DNA of 64,000 bases from Candidatus Limnocylindrales bacterium (GTDB lineage Bacteria > Chloroflexota > Limnocylindria > Limnocylindrales > CSP1-4): NCBI GenBank assembly GCA_036504355.1, contig DASXVG010000079.1:580-64579 (forward strand), in the 5' to 3' direction. The notes beneath the pieces were generated by a model. The model was not told where the DNA came from. It did no database searches and worked only from the letters and a program-made list of their open reading frames with translations. Positions 8,744 to 17,678 of the stretch are shown here, in pieces (within the stretch, counting starts at the first letter, position 1; the number at the start of each line of letters is the position of its first letter). The position numbers and the translations under genes were made by a program.

Positions 8744-9748
8744 ATGCACGACCTGCCCGCGACGTTCCGCGCGTATGTCGTCGACAAGCGGTCCGATGGT
8801 GCGTTCAGCCGGGGAGTGCGGGACGTTGCACCGGCCGAGCTGCCGCCGGGCGGGGTCACCGTGCGGGTCGAGTGGTCGAGCGTCAACTTCAAGGACGGGC
8901 TGGCGGCTCGCGAGGATGGCCGGGTCGCGCGGAGCTACCCGCTGATCCCGGGGATCGATCTCGCGGGCCTGGTCCTCGACAGCGACGACGACGCATTCCC
9001 GGTCGGCACCAGGGTCGTCGCCAATGGCTATGACATCGGGACCGCGCGCCATGGCGGGTTCAGCGAGCTGGCGCGCCTCCCGTCCGGCTGGACCGTCGCG
9101 CTCCCGGGAGGGCTCACGACACGCGACGCGATGGCGATCGGGACCGCGGGTTTCACGGCGGCGATGAGCGTGGAGGCCCTCGAGCGCTCCGGCGTCGTGG
9201 CTGGGGATGGCCCCGTCCTCGTGACGGGCGCCTCGGGCGGCGTCGGCAGCACCGCGGTCGCGATCCTCGCACGTCGCGGCCACGAGGTCTGGGCCGCAAC
9301 CGGCAAGCCCGACGAGCACGATCGCCTGCGCGATCTCGGCGCGACGGGGTTCCTGACGCGCGAGGAGGTCACGACCCCGGGCAGGCCGCTCGACAGCGCG
9401 CGATGGGCGGGGGCCGTGGACACGGTCGGTGCGGCGACGCTGCCGTATGTCCTGCGGACGCTGCGGATCGGTGGGGCGGTTGCGTCGTCGGGGAACGCGT
9501 CAGGCGCCGAGCTCGCGACGACCGTGTTCCCGTTCATCCTGCGGGGCGTGTCGCTGCTCGGGATGGACAGCGCGAACATGGCGATCGAGGCCCGGCGGGC
9601 GCTCTGGGCGCGGCTCGCCGACGACCTCCTCCCGCGTGGCATCGACGACGGGATCACCGAGGTCGATCTCGACACGCTGGAGCCGGCGCTGGATGCGATC
9701 GTCGAGGGCCGGGCTCGCGGCCGCTGGGTGGTCCGCGTCACCGGCTGA
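8744..9748 (+). CDS. NADPH:quinone oxidoreductase / acrylyl-CoA reductase-like MDR-family enzyme (YhdH/AcuI type)
   Basis: MHDLPATFRAYVV...VRVEWSSVNFKDGLAAREDGRVARSYPLIPGIDLAG. Nucleotide-binding motif VLVTGASGGVGSTAV. ATG at 8744 lies in the frame of ORF 8573..9748. Confidence 0.8.
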   Translation: MHDLPATFRAYVVDKRSDGAFSRGVRDVAPAELPPGGVTVRVEWSSVNFKDGLAAREDGRVARSYPLIPGIDLAGLVLDSDDDAFPVGTRVVANGYDIGTARHGGFSELARLPSGWTVALPGGLTTRDAMAIGTAGFTAAMSVEALERSGVVAGDGPVLVTGASGGVGSTAVAILARRGHEVWAATGKPDEHDRLRDLGATGFLTREEVTTPGRPLDSARWAGAVDTVGAATLPYVLRTLRIGGAVASSGNASGAELATTVFPFILRGVSLLGMDSANMAIEARRALWARLADDLLPRGIDDGITEVDLDTLEPALDAIVEGRARGRWVVRVTG

Positions 9749-9771
9749 GGGAGCGGGCCTGCGCCCGTGCG

Positions 9772-10593
9772 CTACCCGTGGAGGTCGCCCCGGAGCTGCG
9801 CGGTCGCGCGCTGGACAGGCTCGCGGGCGTCCGCCGCGGGGTAGGGGACGAGCGCGAGGACCTCCTCCATGGTGGCTTCGCCGGCGTGGACCCGGCGCGC
9901 CGCGTCCGCGACGGCACGGAACCCGGCGAGCGACGCCTCCACGAAGGCGCGACCCCCGTGGTCGCCGTGGCCCGGGACGACGACCGTCCGCTCACCGGTG
10001 AGCGCGAGCAGCGCCTCGGCGGTCGCGGGCCAGTCCATCGGGTAGCCGTCGCCGAAGAACGGCGTCGCGCCGTTCTCGAGCAGGTCGCCCGCGCACAGCA
10101 CGTCCGCATCCGCGACGCGGAGGACGATGTCGTTGTCCGTGTGGCCACGCCCGAGGTACGCCAGCTCGACCTCGCGCCCGTCGTCCATGCAGACGGTCGC
10201 GCGGTCGCGGAACGTCCGCTCCGGCGGGTCCAGGACGACCTCCGCGAGATCCGCGGCGATGTCAGGGATCTGGGCCGCGGCCCGATCGCGCTGGCGGTCG
10301 CCGGTGCGACGGATCATCTCGGCGGCGCGCTCGTGCCCCCAGATCGGAGCGGGTCGGAAGACGCTGTTGCCGAACGCATGGTCGTAGTGTCCGTGGCTGT
10401 TCACGACGATGCCCACCACGGGCGACCCGAGCGCGCGCAGGTCGTCGAGGATCTCGCGCGCCTGGCGGGCCGTCGTCCGCGTGTCGAGCAGGAGCGCCTC
10501 CTCCTGCCCGAGCACGACCACGATGTTCTGGTCGAAGAACGGGTACCTGCGCACGAACACGCGCTCGCCGATCTCCACCCAGCCTGACGCCAT
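9772..10593 (-). CDS. MBL-fold metallo-hydrolase
   Basis: Metal-binding motif VVNSHGHYDHAFGN. Later HGD motif in VVPGHGDHG. Confidence 0.8.
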   Translation of the reverse strand: MASGWVEIGERVFVRRYPFFDQNIVVVLGQEEALLLDTRTTARQAREILDDLRALGSPVVGIVVNSHGHYDHAFGNSVFRPAPIWGHERAAEMIRRTGDRQRDRAAAQIPDIAADLAEVVLDPPERTFRDRATVCMDDGREVELAYLGRGHTDNDIVLRVADADVLCAGDLLENGATPFFGDGYPMDWPATAEALLALTGERTVVVPGHGDHGGRAFVEASLAGFRAVADAARRVHAGEATMEEVLALVPYPAADAREPVQRATAQLRGDLHG

Positions 10594-10643
10594 GCGGCAA
10601 TCGTACGACGCGGCCCAGGGCGCGAAGGACTACGATCGGGCCC

Positions 10644-11549
10644 ATGGACCCCCTCGTCGTCACCCCGTCGATCGGCGCGACCCAAGTCGCCGACGGCACC
10701 AACCTCCGCACGCTCCACTGGCCCGCGGTCGGTGAGCCCGTCGCGGCTGCGCTCGTCGTCCATGGCCTGGGCGAGCACGGCGGACGCTACGACAACGTCG
10801 CCGAGGCGCTGACGGAGGCGGGGATCGACACCCATGGCTACGACCACCGGGGCCACGGTGGCTCGGGCGGGCGTCGCAACCACGTCGAGCGCTGGGCGCA
10901 GCTGCACGACGACCTCGCGGAGCAGGTGCTGCGCGTTCGTGCGGACCACCCGGAGCTGCCGCTCGTGCTCTACGGCCACTCGATGGGCGGCCTCATCTGT
11001 GCCGGCTACGTCCTGTCAGGGTCACCGCGCCCGCTGCCCGACCTGCTCGTGCTCAGCGCGCCGGGCCTCGACGCGGACCTTCCGTCCTGGAAGCGCTCGC
11101 TGGCGAGGCTGTTGACAGGCGTCGTACCCAAGCTCCGGATCGCGAACGGGCTCCCGCCGGGCGGGCTGTCACGCGACCCCGAGGTCCGGACCCGGGCCGA
11201 CGCCGATCCCCTGAACTCGAGCTCGTCCACCGTCCGCTTCGGCGCCGAGGCGTTCGACGAGCAGGACCGCGTGAACGCCGAGCTCGCGAGGATCGACGCG
11301 ATGCCGGTTCCGACGTACGTGTTCCACGGGTCCGCGGACCCGATCGTGCCGCCCCGGGCCAGCGCCGTGTTCGATGGCATCGGCAACGCGACCCGCCACG
11401 TCCACGATGGGCTCCGGCACGAGTGCCACCACGAGCCCGAGCACGAGCACGTCCTCGCCGAGGTCGTCGCGTGGATCGGCCGCCAGGGCGTCCCCGTCCA
11501 CGTGACCCGGGTCCCGCACCACGAGGCCGATCACGCCAAGGCGGTGTAG
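10644..11549 (+). CDS. Alpha/beta hydrolase (lysophospholipase / monoacylglycerol lipase-like)
   Basis: VVHGLGEHGGRY motif, nucleophile elbow GHSMGG, and a C-terminal His in GLRHECHHEPE. Confidence 0.8.
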   Translation: MDPLVVTPSIGATQVADGTNLRTLHWPAVGEPVAAALVVHGLGEHGGRYDNVAEALTEAGIDTHGYDHRGHGGSGGRRNHVERWAQLHDDLAEQVLRVRADHPELPLVLYGHSMGGLICAGYVLSGSPRPLPDLLVLSAPGLDADLPSWKRSLARLLTGVVPKLRIANGLPPGGLSRDPEVRTRADADPLNSSSSTVRFGAEAFDEQDRVNAELARIDAMPVPTYVFHGSADPIVPPRASAVFDGIGNATRHVHDGLRHECHHEPEHEHVLAEVVAWIGRQGVPVHVTRVPHHEADHAKAV

Positions 11550-11569
11550 ACTCCGGCCACAATCGCATA

Positions 11570-11670
11570 TCCGCCTCCGGGGAGCGCCCACGTGCGCTGA
11601 GAGTCTGGTGCAGACCAGAGACCCGCGGAACCTGATCCGGTTCGTACCGGTGTAGGAAGCAGGCCCGCTC
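11570..11670 (+). promoter_or_regulatory. TPP (THI-box) riboswitch
   Basis: ggggagcgcccacgtgcgCTGAGAgtctggtgcagaccagagACCCgcggAACCTGATCCGGttcgtACCGGtgtAGGAAgc matches the conserved THI-element core: GGGG..GC, CUGAGA, ACCC..AACCUGAUC.GG..AAU.CC.G.G.AGGGA. It lies about 40 nt upstream of a ThiY-like gene. Confidence 0.85.
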
Positions 11671-11708
11671 GCGTCGACGCCGTCCCGGTTCCGGAGGCGG
11701 CGTTCCTG

Positions 11709-12824
11709 TTGCCTGGAGGCTCCGACGCGTTCGTGAACATCCCGTCCCGCGCCCTCGCCGCGCTGCTCCTTGCCGTCCTCGTCGCCGCGTGCGGCTCCGG
11801 GGGCGGCGGTGTCTCGCCAGCCTCATCGGCCGCTGCGCCTGCGTCGGCCTCGCCATCGGCATCGCCGACCACGGTCTCGCCCACCGCGCTCGTCGAGCCC
11901 ATGAAGGTCCGGCTCGCCCTCGACTGGACGCCCAACACCAACCACACGGGGTTCTACGTCGCACAGGCCAAGGACTGGTACGCGGACGCGGGCATCCAGC
12001 TCGAGGTGCTGCCGTACGGCGGCACGACGCCCGAGACGATCCTTGCCGCCGGCCAGGCCGAGTGCGGCATCAGCTTCCAGGACTCGCTCACCTTCGCGGT
12101 CGCCGCCGGGGCCCCGATCACGAGCGTCATGGCGATCCTCCAGCACACGGCGCAGGAGATCGCCGTCCTCGACTCGTCGCCGATCACCCGGCCCAGGGAG
12201 CTCGACGGCAAGACGTACGCGGGCTTCGGCTACCCGAATGAGGTCCCGACGCTCAAGTCGGTGATCCAGCACGACGGCGGGACAGGTGCGTTCGACGTCG
12301 TGACGCTCGACACCGCTGCGTACGAGGCGCTGTACGCGAAGCGCGCCGACTTCGTGATCACGTTCGCCGCCTGGGAGGGGATCGAGGCGGGCCAGCGGAA
12401 GGTCCCGCTGCGCACGTTCAAGTTCACCGCCTACGGGTTCCCGGACTTCTACCAGGTCATCCTCGCCTGCAACAACGACTGGCTGGCCGCGAACCCGGCT
12501 GTGGCGAAGGCGTTCGTCGGGGCGACGGTCAAGGGGTTCGAGTTCGCGGCCGCGAACCCGGACGAGGCCGCGGGGATCCTGATTGCGCAGAACCCGGGGG
12601 TGTTCGACTCGAACGCCGAGCTGCCGCTCGCATCACAGCGCTACATGTCGGAGCAGGGCCTGCTGACCGACGCTGCCGGCGCCGTGGGCACGCAGACGCT
12701 CGCGACCTGGACCGGCTACTCGTCGTTCCTGTACGACCAGGGACTCCTGGTCGACGCGAACGGCAAGGCGCTGGCCGCCGCGCCCGACTACGCGACGCTG
12801 TTCACGACCGACTTCCTGCCGTGA
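11709..12824 (+). CDS. ABC-transporter substrate-binding lipoprotein, NMT1/THI5 (ThiY-like, pyrimidine precursor) family
   Basis: Lipobox LVAAC after the signal peptide. KVRLALDWTPNTNHTGFYVAQAKDWYADAGIQLEVLPYG is typical of NMT1/THI5-like binding proteins. Sits downstream of the TPP riboswitch. Confidence 0.8.
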   Translation: MPGGSDAFVNIPSRALAALLLAVLVAACGSGGGGVSPASSAAAPASASPSASPTTVSPTALVEPMKVRLALDWTPNTNHTGFYVAQAKDWYADAGIQLEVLPYGGTTPETILAAGQAECGISFQDSLTFAVAAGAPITSVMAILQHTAQEIAVLDSSPITRPRELDGKTYAGFGYPNEVPTLKSVIQHDGGTGAFDVVTLDTAAYEALYAKRADFVITFAAWEGIEAGQRKVPLRTFKFTAYGFPDFYQVILACNNDWLAANPAVAKAFVGATVKGFEFAAANPDEAAGILIAQNPGVFDSNAELPLASQRYMSEQGLLTDAAGAVGTQTLATWTGYSSFLYDQGLLVDANGKALAAAPDYATLFTTDFLP

Positions 12825-12837
12825 GGCGCCCCTGACG

Positions 12838-13614
12838 ATGCGGGAACGCTTGCCGACGATCGCGCTCGTTGCCGGCCTCCTGCTCGCGTGGGAGGCGTAC
12901 GTCCGGCTGGCCGGCGTCGAACCCGTCGTGCTGCCCGCGCCGACGCGGATCCTGGGGGCGCTGTGGGAGTACCGCGACGACGCGGTCCGCCATGCGCTGC
13001 CGACGCTGCTCGAGACCGTGGCGGGGTTCGCGCTGGCGGTCGTCCTCGCGATCGTCGCCGCCGTGCTCATGGACCGGACGCCGGTGGTTCGGCGCGCCGT
13101 CGAGCCGCTGCTGGTGACGTCGCAGACGATCCCGATCGTCGCGCTCGCGCCACTGTTCCTGCTGTGGTTCGGGTTCGGGCTGTTGCCCAAGGTGCTGATC
13201 GTCGTGCTGGTGACCTTCTTCCCGATCGTCGTGTCGCTGCTCGACGGGTTCCGGACGGCGGCGCTCGATGCGACCGATCTCCTGCGCTCCTACGGCGCGA
13301 CGGACTGGCAGGCGTTCCGGAAGCTGCGCTGGCCGAGCGCCCTGCCGGCGTTCTTCACCGGGCTGCGGATCAGCGTCGTGTACGCGGTCATCGGGGCGGT
13401 GTTCGGGGAATACGTCGGCGCGCGCGAGGGACTCGGGATCTGGATGCAGCTGTCGCAGAACTCGTTCCGGACGGACCTCGTGTTCGCGGCGATCGTGGTC
13501 ACGAGCGCGATCTCGCTGGTCCTCTACTGGGGGGTTGGGCTGCTGCGCCGGTTCGTCATCCCCTGGGCCCTTGGCGTCCGCCGCGAGCCCGACCTCGAGT
13601 CGCTCCCGTTCTAG
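12838..13614 (+). CDS. ABC-transporter permease (NitT/TauT-family, ThiX-like)
   Basis: Six hydrophobic segments. BPD_transp_1-like loop DATDLLRSYGATDWQAFRKLRWPSALP. Lies 13 nt after the binding-protein gene. Confidence 0.8.
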   Translation: MRERLPTIALVAGLLLAWEAYVRLAGVEPVVLPAPTRILGALWEYRDDAVRHALPTLLETVAGFALAVVLAIVAAVLMDRTPVVRRAVEPLLVTSQTIPIVALAPLFLLWFGFGLLPKVLIVVLVTFFPIVVSLLDGFRTAALDATDLLRSYGATDWQAFRKLRWPSALPAFFTGLRISVVYAVIGAVFGEYVGAREGLGIWMQLSQNSFRTDLVFAAIVVTSAISLVLYWGVGLLRRFVIPWALGVRREPDLESLPF

Positions 13615-13655
13615 CGCGCCTGGGCGCCGCCAACAGCGAGCGGGCTCGCCCGGGA

Positions 13656-13670
13656 CTGCCTCGCAGGCAG
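13656..13670. repeat. 15-bp palindrome CTGCC-N5-GGCAG (copy 1)
   Basis: Sequence ctgcctcgcaggcag. A second near-identical copy lies at 13803-13817 in the same 320-bp non-coding gap. Confidence 0.5.
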
Positions 13671-13802
13671 CGATCGAGACCGATGCTGGGTGGGATGCTG
13701 CCCGGAGAGCAGCGAAGCGACCGCGTGCGGGGTACGGACGCGCCGATCCGGCGCCATTTCCTGTCCAGGGGGCAGAAGCGCGACGCCGGAGTGCCCGATT
13801 TG

Positions 13803-13817
13803 CTGCCTCGGAGGCAG
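13803..13817. repeat. 15-bp palindrome CTGCC-N5-GGCAG (copy 2), about 120 nt upstream of the glycosyltransferase gene
   Basis: Sequence ctgcctcggaggcag. Confidence 0.5.
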
Positions 13818-13936
13818 GAGGGTGCGGGCTGCGTCACCGTGGGCAGGCCGCGGGCACGGTCGTCGAATGCTCGGCGACAGCGAGCGCCGAGATGCGATCA
13901 TCGGGCCCCTGAGCGAGCGATGATTGAGGTGGAGCG

Positions 13937-15250
13937 GTGGCGGACGGCCGGACGATCGTGTTCTTCCCAGAGGGCGCCTACGGCCCGACGAACAACTGCG
14001 TCGGCATCGGCCAGGTCCTCCGCGAGCGCGGCCACCGGGTGGTGTTCATCGTCGAGGAGAGCTTCGCCGGCAACCTGGAGGCGAAGGGGTTCGAGGAGCG
14101 GCTGATGCGCCTGGGGCCGGCGCCCGAGGAGCCGGAGATTCCCGGCCAGTTCTGGATCGACTTCATCCGCGACACGGCGCCGGTCTTCCGGAAGCCGACG
14201 ATCGAGCAGCTGGGCGAGTTCATCGCGCCAACCTTCCAGGCCCTCATCGACGGCGCGAAGTACGTGCAGCCGCGGCTCGAGGCGATCATCGGCGAGCTCG
14301 AGCCGGATGTCATCGTCGAGGACAACGTCGTCAGCTTCCCGGCGATCATGTCGACGCGCCACCCGTGGGTCCGCCTCCTGTCGTGCAACCCGGCCGAGAT
14401 CAAGGACCCGCTCGTCGCGCCGTTCTCGTCCGGCTACCCGGCGGCGGACCGCAGCGCCTGGCCCGCGTTCCTCGAGGAGGTCGAGCGGACGCATCGCGAG
14501 CTGTGGGACGACTTCGACGCGTTCTGCCGCGACGCCGGCGCCGGCGGGCTCGCGTGGACGAGCACGGGACCCGACTTCATGCACGAGAGCCCGTACCTCA
14601 ACGCGTACTCGTACCCGGCCGAGGTCGACTACGCCCGCTCGACGCCGCTGGGTCCCACGTGGCACCAGCTCGACTCCACCGTCCGCGCCGCCGACACGAC
14701 GTGGGAGCTCCCGGATCACCTCGTGGGCCGTGGCGGAGCCCTGATCTACCTGAGCCTGGGCAGCCTCGGCTCCGCGGACGTGGGCCTGATGCAGCGGCTC
14801 GTCGACCTGCTTGGGCGGACCTCGCACCGCATCATCGTGTCCAAGGGACCCCTCGCGGACCAGATCACGCTCCACGACAACATGACCGGCGAGAGCTTCC
14901 TGCCGCAGCCCGCGATCCTGCCGCAGGTCGACCTCGTGATCACCCACGGCGGGAACAACACGGTCGTGGAGTCGTTCCACCACGGCAAGCCGATGATCGT
15001 GCTGCCGCTGTTCTGGGACCAGGTCGACAACGCCCAGCGCGTCGACGAGACGGGATTCGGAACACGGCTCGCGACGTACGACTTCGAGGATCGCGAGCTC
15101 ACCGGCGCCATCGACCGGCTCCTCGACGACCAGGCGCTCAGGACACGCCTCGCCGCGGTGTCCGCCCGCCTCCAGTCGACGCGCGGGACGGTGCGCGCCG
15201 CCGACCTCATCGAACGGGTCGCGGTGACCCAGGCGCCGGTGACTCGCTGA
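13937..15250 (+). CDS. GT1-family (MGT / UDP-glycosyltransferase-like) glycosyltransferase
   Basis: C-terminal nucleotide-sugar motif ITHGGNNTVVESFHHGKPMIVLPLFWDQVDNAQRV. GTG start is preceded by gaggtggag. Confidence 0.8.
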   Translation: MADGRTIVFFPEGAYGPTNNCVGIGQVLRERGHRVVFIVEESFAGNLEAKGFEERLMRLGPAPEEPEIPGQFWIDFIRDTAPVFRKPTIEQLGEFIAPTFQALIDGAKYVQPRLEAIIGELEPDVIVEDNVVSFPAIMSTRHPWVRLLSCNPAEIKDPLVAPFSSGYPAADRSAWPAFLEEVERTHRELWDDFDAFCRDAGAGGLAWTSTGPDFMHESPYLNAYSYPAEVDYARSTPLGPTWHQLDSTVRAADTTWELPDHLVGRGGALIYLSLGSLGSADVGLMQRLVDLLGRTSHRIIVSKGPLADQITLHDNMTGESFLPQPAILPQVDLVITHGGNNTVVESFHHGKPMIVLPLFWDQVDNAQRVDETGFGTRLATYDFEDRELTGAIDRLLDDQALRTRLAAVSARLQSTRGTVRAADLIERVAVTQAPVTR

Positions 15251-16020
15251 TGGGCGAGTCGTCCGAGCCCCCCGAGCCGCCGGCGCCCCCTCCGCCTCCG
15301 GCCCCGCCGCCCGCGAGCGCTCCGCCGCCCGGCCCGGTCGCGCCCCCGCCGCCGCCCGGCACCGCCCCGGGCGTCAACCCCCTGCGCGAGCTCCTGTTCG
15401 CCGACCTCGAGCCGGCCGAGGTCAGGGCCGTGTTCACGAAGGGCGGTGCCGCGACCGCGTACCTCCTCGAGCTCGCCGACGCCGCCGAGCGACTGGACGC
15501 GGCCGCCGCCCGGGCCGCGCTCGCCAAGGCGCCGGCCTGGGACACGGAGGCGCGCCTCCACCTGCAGGCGTGGACGCTCGCACGGCAGGCGGGCGTGGAC
15601 CCGGGCGAGCACGCCAAGGACGTGCTCGGCGTCGTCGTGGACATGGGGCTGGACGATGGCCTCGACACGCTCGCGGGGTTCGCCGACGGCTCCGCGCGAT
15701 ACCTCAACCACGCCGGGTCGGGGATCGTGTGGGAGGTCCCCGACGTGGCGATCGGCCAGCTCGTGCGGGCGCTCCTCGACGAGGCGGCGATCGTCGTCAG
15801 CATGGGCGCCGCACTCGACGGGCCGCGCCTCGCGGCGCCACCTCGGGGCAACACGATGCTGTCCGTCCTCACCCGCGGCGGGATCTACGTGGGCGTGGGT
15901 CCGATCGCGGCGATCAGCGCGGACCCGCGCGGTGGCCCGGTCATCGCGGCGGCGACGGAGCTCGTGCGGGTGCTCGTCCAGCGGGCGGACCAGGCACAGG
16001 CGGCGAACGAGCCGCGCTGA
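15250..16020 (+). CDS. Hypothetical protein with a proline-rich N-terminus
   Basis: Its ATG overlaps the glycosyltransferase stop (cTGATGg). MGESSEPPEPPAPPPPPAPPPASAPPPGPVAPPPPPG is followed by a roughly 210-aa globular-looking region. No motif recognised. Confidence 0.55.
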   Translation: MGESSEPPEPPAPPPPPAPPPASAPPPGPVAPPPPPGTAPGVNPLRELLFADLEPAEVRAVFTKGGAATAYLLELADAAERLDAAAARAALAKAPAWDTEARLHLQAWTLARQAGVDPGEHAKDVLGVVVDMGLDDGLDTLAGFADGSARYLNHAGSGIVWEVPDVAIGQLVRALLDEAAIVVSMGAALDGPRLAAPPRGNTMLSVLTRGGIYVGVGPIAAISADPRGGPVIAAATELVRVLVQRADQAQAANEPR

Positions 16021-16126
16021 TCACCCGTCCCGGCGTCGCACGCGGTGGGCCACGCTGGATCGGACGGAGCGGTTGGCGCACAATCGGCGGACGCATCCCG
16101 TCCTGCGGTCTGATTCGCCAGCAGGC

Positions 16127-17599
16127 ATGCCCGTGGAGGCCCCCGTGACCGAGACCCTCGATCGAACCAGGACGTACCAGCAGTTCATCGGCGGCCAGTG
16201 GGTCGACGCCGCGTCCGGCGAGACCATCGCCGTGGAGAACCCCGCCGACGGGACGGTCGTGGCACATGTGCCGTCCTCGGGCCAGGTCGACGTGGATCGC
16301 GCGGTCGACGCGGCCGAGGCCGCGTTCGAGACCTGGAGCCTCACGACGCCCCAGACGCGCAGCCTCGCGCTGCTCAAGATCGCCGACATCCTCGACGCGA
16401 ACGCGGACGAGCTCGGGCGGCTCGAGTCCAGCCAGACGGGAAAGCCCGTTGGCGCCGCCATCGACGAGATGGCCGTGAGCTCGGACCTGTTCCGCTTCTT
16501 CGCCGGGGCGTGCCGGGTGATGGAGGGCCTCGCGGTCACGGAGTACCTCGAGGGCCACACGTCGATGGTTCGCCGCGACCCCGTGGGCGTCGTCGCGAGC
16601 ATCGCGCCGTGGAACTACCCCCTGTACATGGCCGCCTGGAAGCTCGGCCCGGCGCTCGCGACCGGGAACACCTGCGTGCTCAAGCCGTCGGCGCGGACAC
16701 CACTGTCCGCGCTGCGCTTCGCGGAGCTCATCGCGGACGAGCTGCCCGCGGGCGTGCTCAACGTCCTGTCCGGGTCGGGCGGGGCGATGGGCGACATGCT
16801 CGTCGCGCACCCCAAGGTCCGGATGGTCTCCATCACGGGCGACACGGTCACCGGCAAGCACATCGCCGAGGTGGCCGCAGGCACGGTCAAGCGGCTCCAC
16901 CTGGAGCTGGGCGGCAAGGCCCCGGTCATCGTGTTCGACGACGCCGACGTGGCGCTCGCGGCCGAGATCCTCAAGAGCGCGAGCTACTGGAACGCGGGGC
17001 AGGACTGCACGGCGGCCTGTCGCGTCATCGTCGGTCCAGGCGTCTACGACAAGTTCGTGTCCGCGCTCTCGGACCAGGTGAAGAGCATCAAGTGGGGCAA
17101 CCCGGCCGACGCGGACGACCTCGACATGGGCTCGCTCATAGCGCAGGCGCAGGCCGACAAGGTCGAGGGCATGGTCAACCGGGCCCTCGAGGCGAAGGCC
17201 GAGCTGGTGCTCGGCGGCAGCCGCCCGGATCGCCCGGGCGCCTACTTCGAGCCGACGATCATCGCCAACCCGGACCAGCGCTCCGAGATCGTCCAGGACG
17301 AGGTGTTCGGGCCGGTCGTCACGGTCCAGCGCTTCACGGACGAGGAGCAGGCGATCGCCTGGGCCAATGACGTGAAGTTCGGCCTCGCGAGCTCCGTGTT
17401 CACGGGCTCGATCGGCAAGGCGATGCGCACGGCGCGTCGCCTCCAGTTCGGGACCGTCTGGATCAACGAGCACTTCACGCTGGCGTCCGAGACCCCGCAC
17501 GGCGGCGTCAAGGAGTCAGGCTGGGGCAAGGACGGCTCCAAGTACGCCCTCGAGGACTACACGGTCATCAAGCACATCACGATCAACACCGGCGTCTGA
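16127..17599 (+). CDS. NAD(P)+-dependent aldehyde dehydrogenase (aminobutyraldehyde/betaine-aldehyde dehydrogenase-like)
   Basis: ELGGKAP glutamate motif, catalytic Cys region NAGQDCTAACR, and the C-terminal motif PHGGVKESGWG. Confidence 0.85.
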   Translation: MPVEAPVTETLDRTRTYQQFIGGQWVDAASGETIAVENPADGTVVAHVPSSGQVDVDRAVDAAEAAFETWSLTTPQTRSLALLKIADILDANADELGRLESSQTGKPVGAAIDEMAVSSDLFRFFAGACRVMEGLAVTEYLEGHTSMVRRDPVGVVASIAPWNYPLYMAAWKLGPALATGNTCVLKPSARTPLSALRFAELIADELPAGVLNVLSGSGGAMGDMLVAHPKVRMVSITGDTVTGKHIAEVAAGTVKRLHLELGGKAPVIVFDDADVALAAEILKSASYWNAGQDCTAACRVIVGPGVYDKFVSALSDQVKSIKWGNPADADDLDMGSLIAQAQADKVEGMVNRALEAKAELVLGGSRPDRPGAYFEPTIIANPDQRSEIVQDEVFGPVVTVQRFTDEEQAIAWANDVKFGLASSVFTGSIGKAMRTARRLQFGTVWINEHFTLASETPHGGVKESGWGKDGSKYALEDYTVIKHITINTGV

Positions 17600-17629
17600 T
17601 CCGTCGCCCCTTGAACCTCGTGCCGGCTC

Positions 17630-17664
17630 GCAGCCGCCGGCCCAGCCGGCGGCTGCTCCGCTTT
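17630..17664 (+). terminator. Rho-independent-type terminator hairpin after the aldehyde dehydrogenase gene
   Basis: gcagccgccggc-cca-gccggcggctgc forms a 12-bp perfect stem with a 3-nt loop, followed by tccgctttcc. Confidence 0.55.
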
Positions 17665-17678
17665 CCGGGCAGCCGCCG

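Noticed and set aside
13924-16020. A 698-aa ORF spanning the glycosyltransferase region
   Set aside because: Its first ~440 codons are an out-of-frame shadow of the GT gene (Arg/Pro-rich). Only the last 256 codons, from the ATG at 15250 that overlaps the GT stop, look like a real gene.
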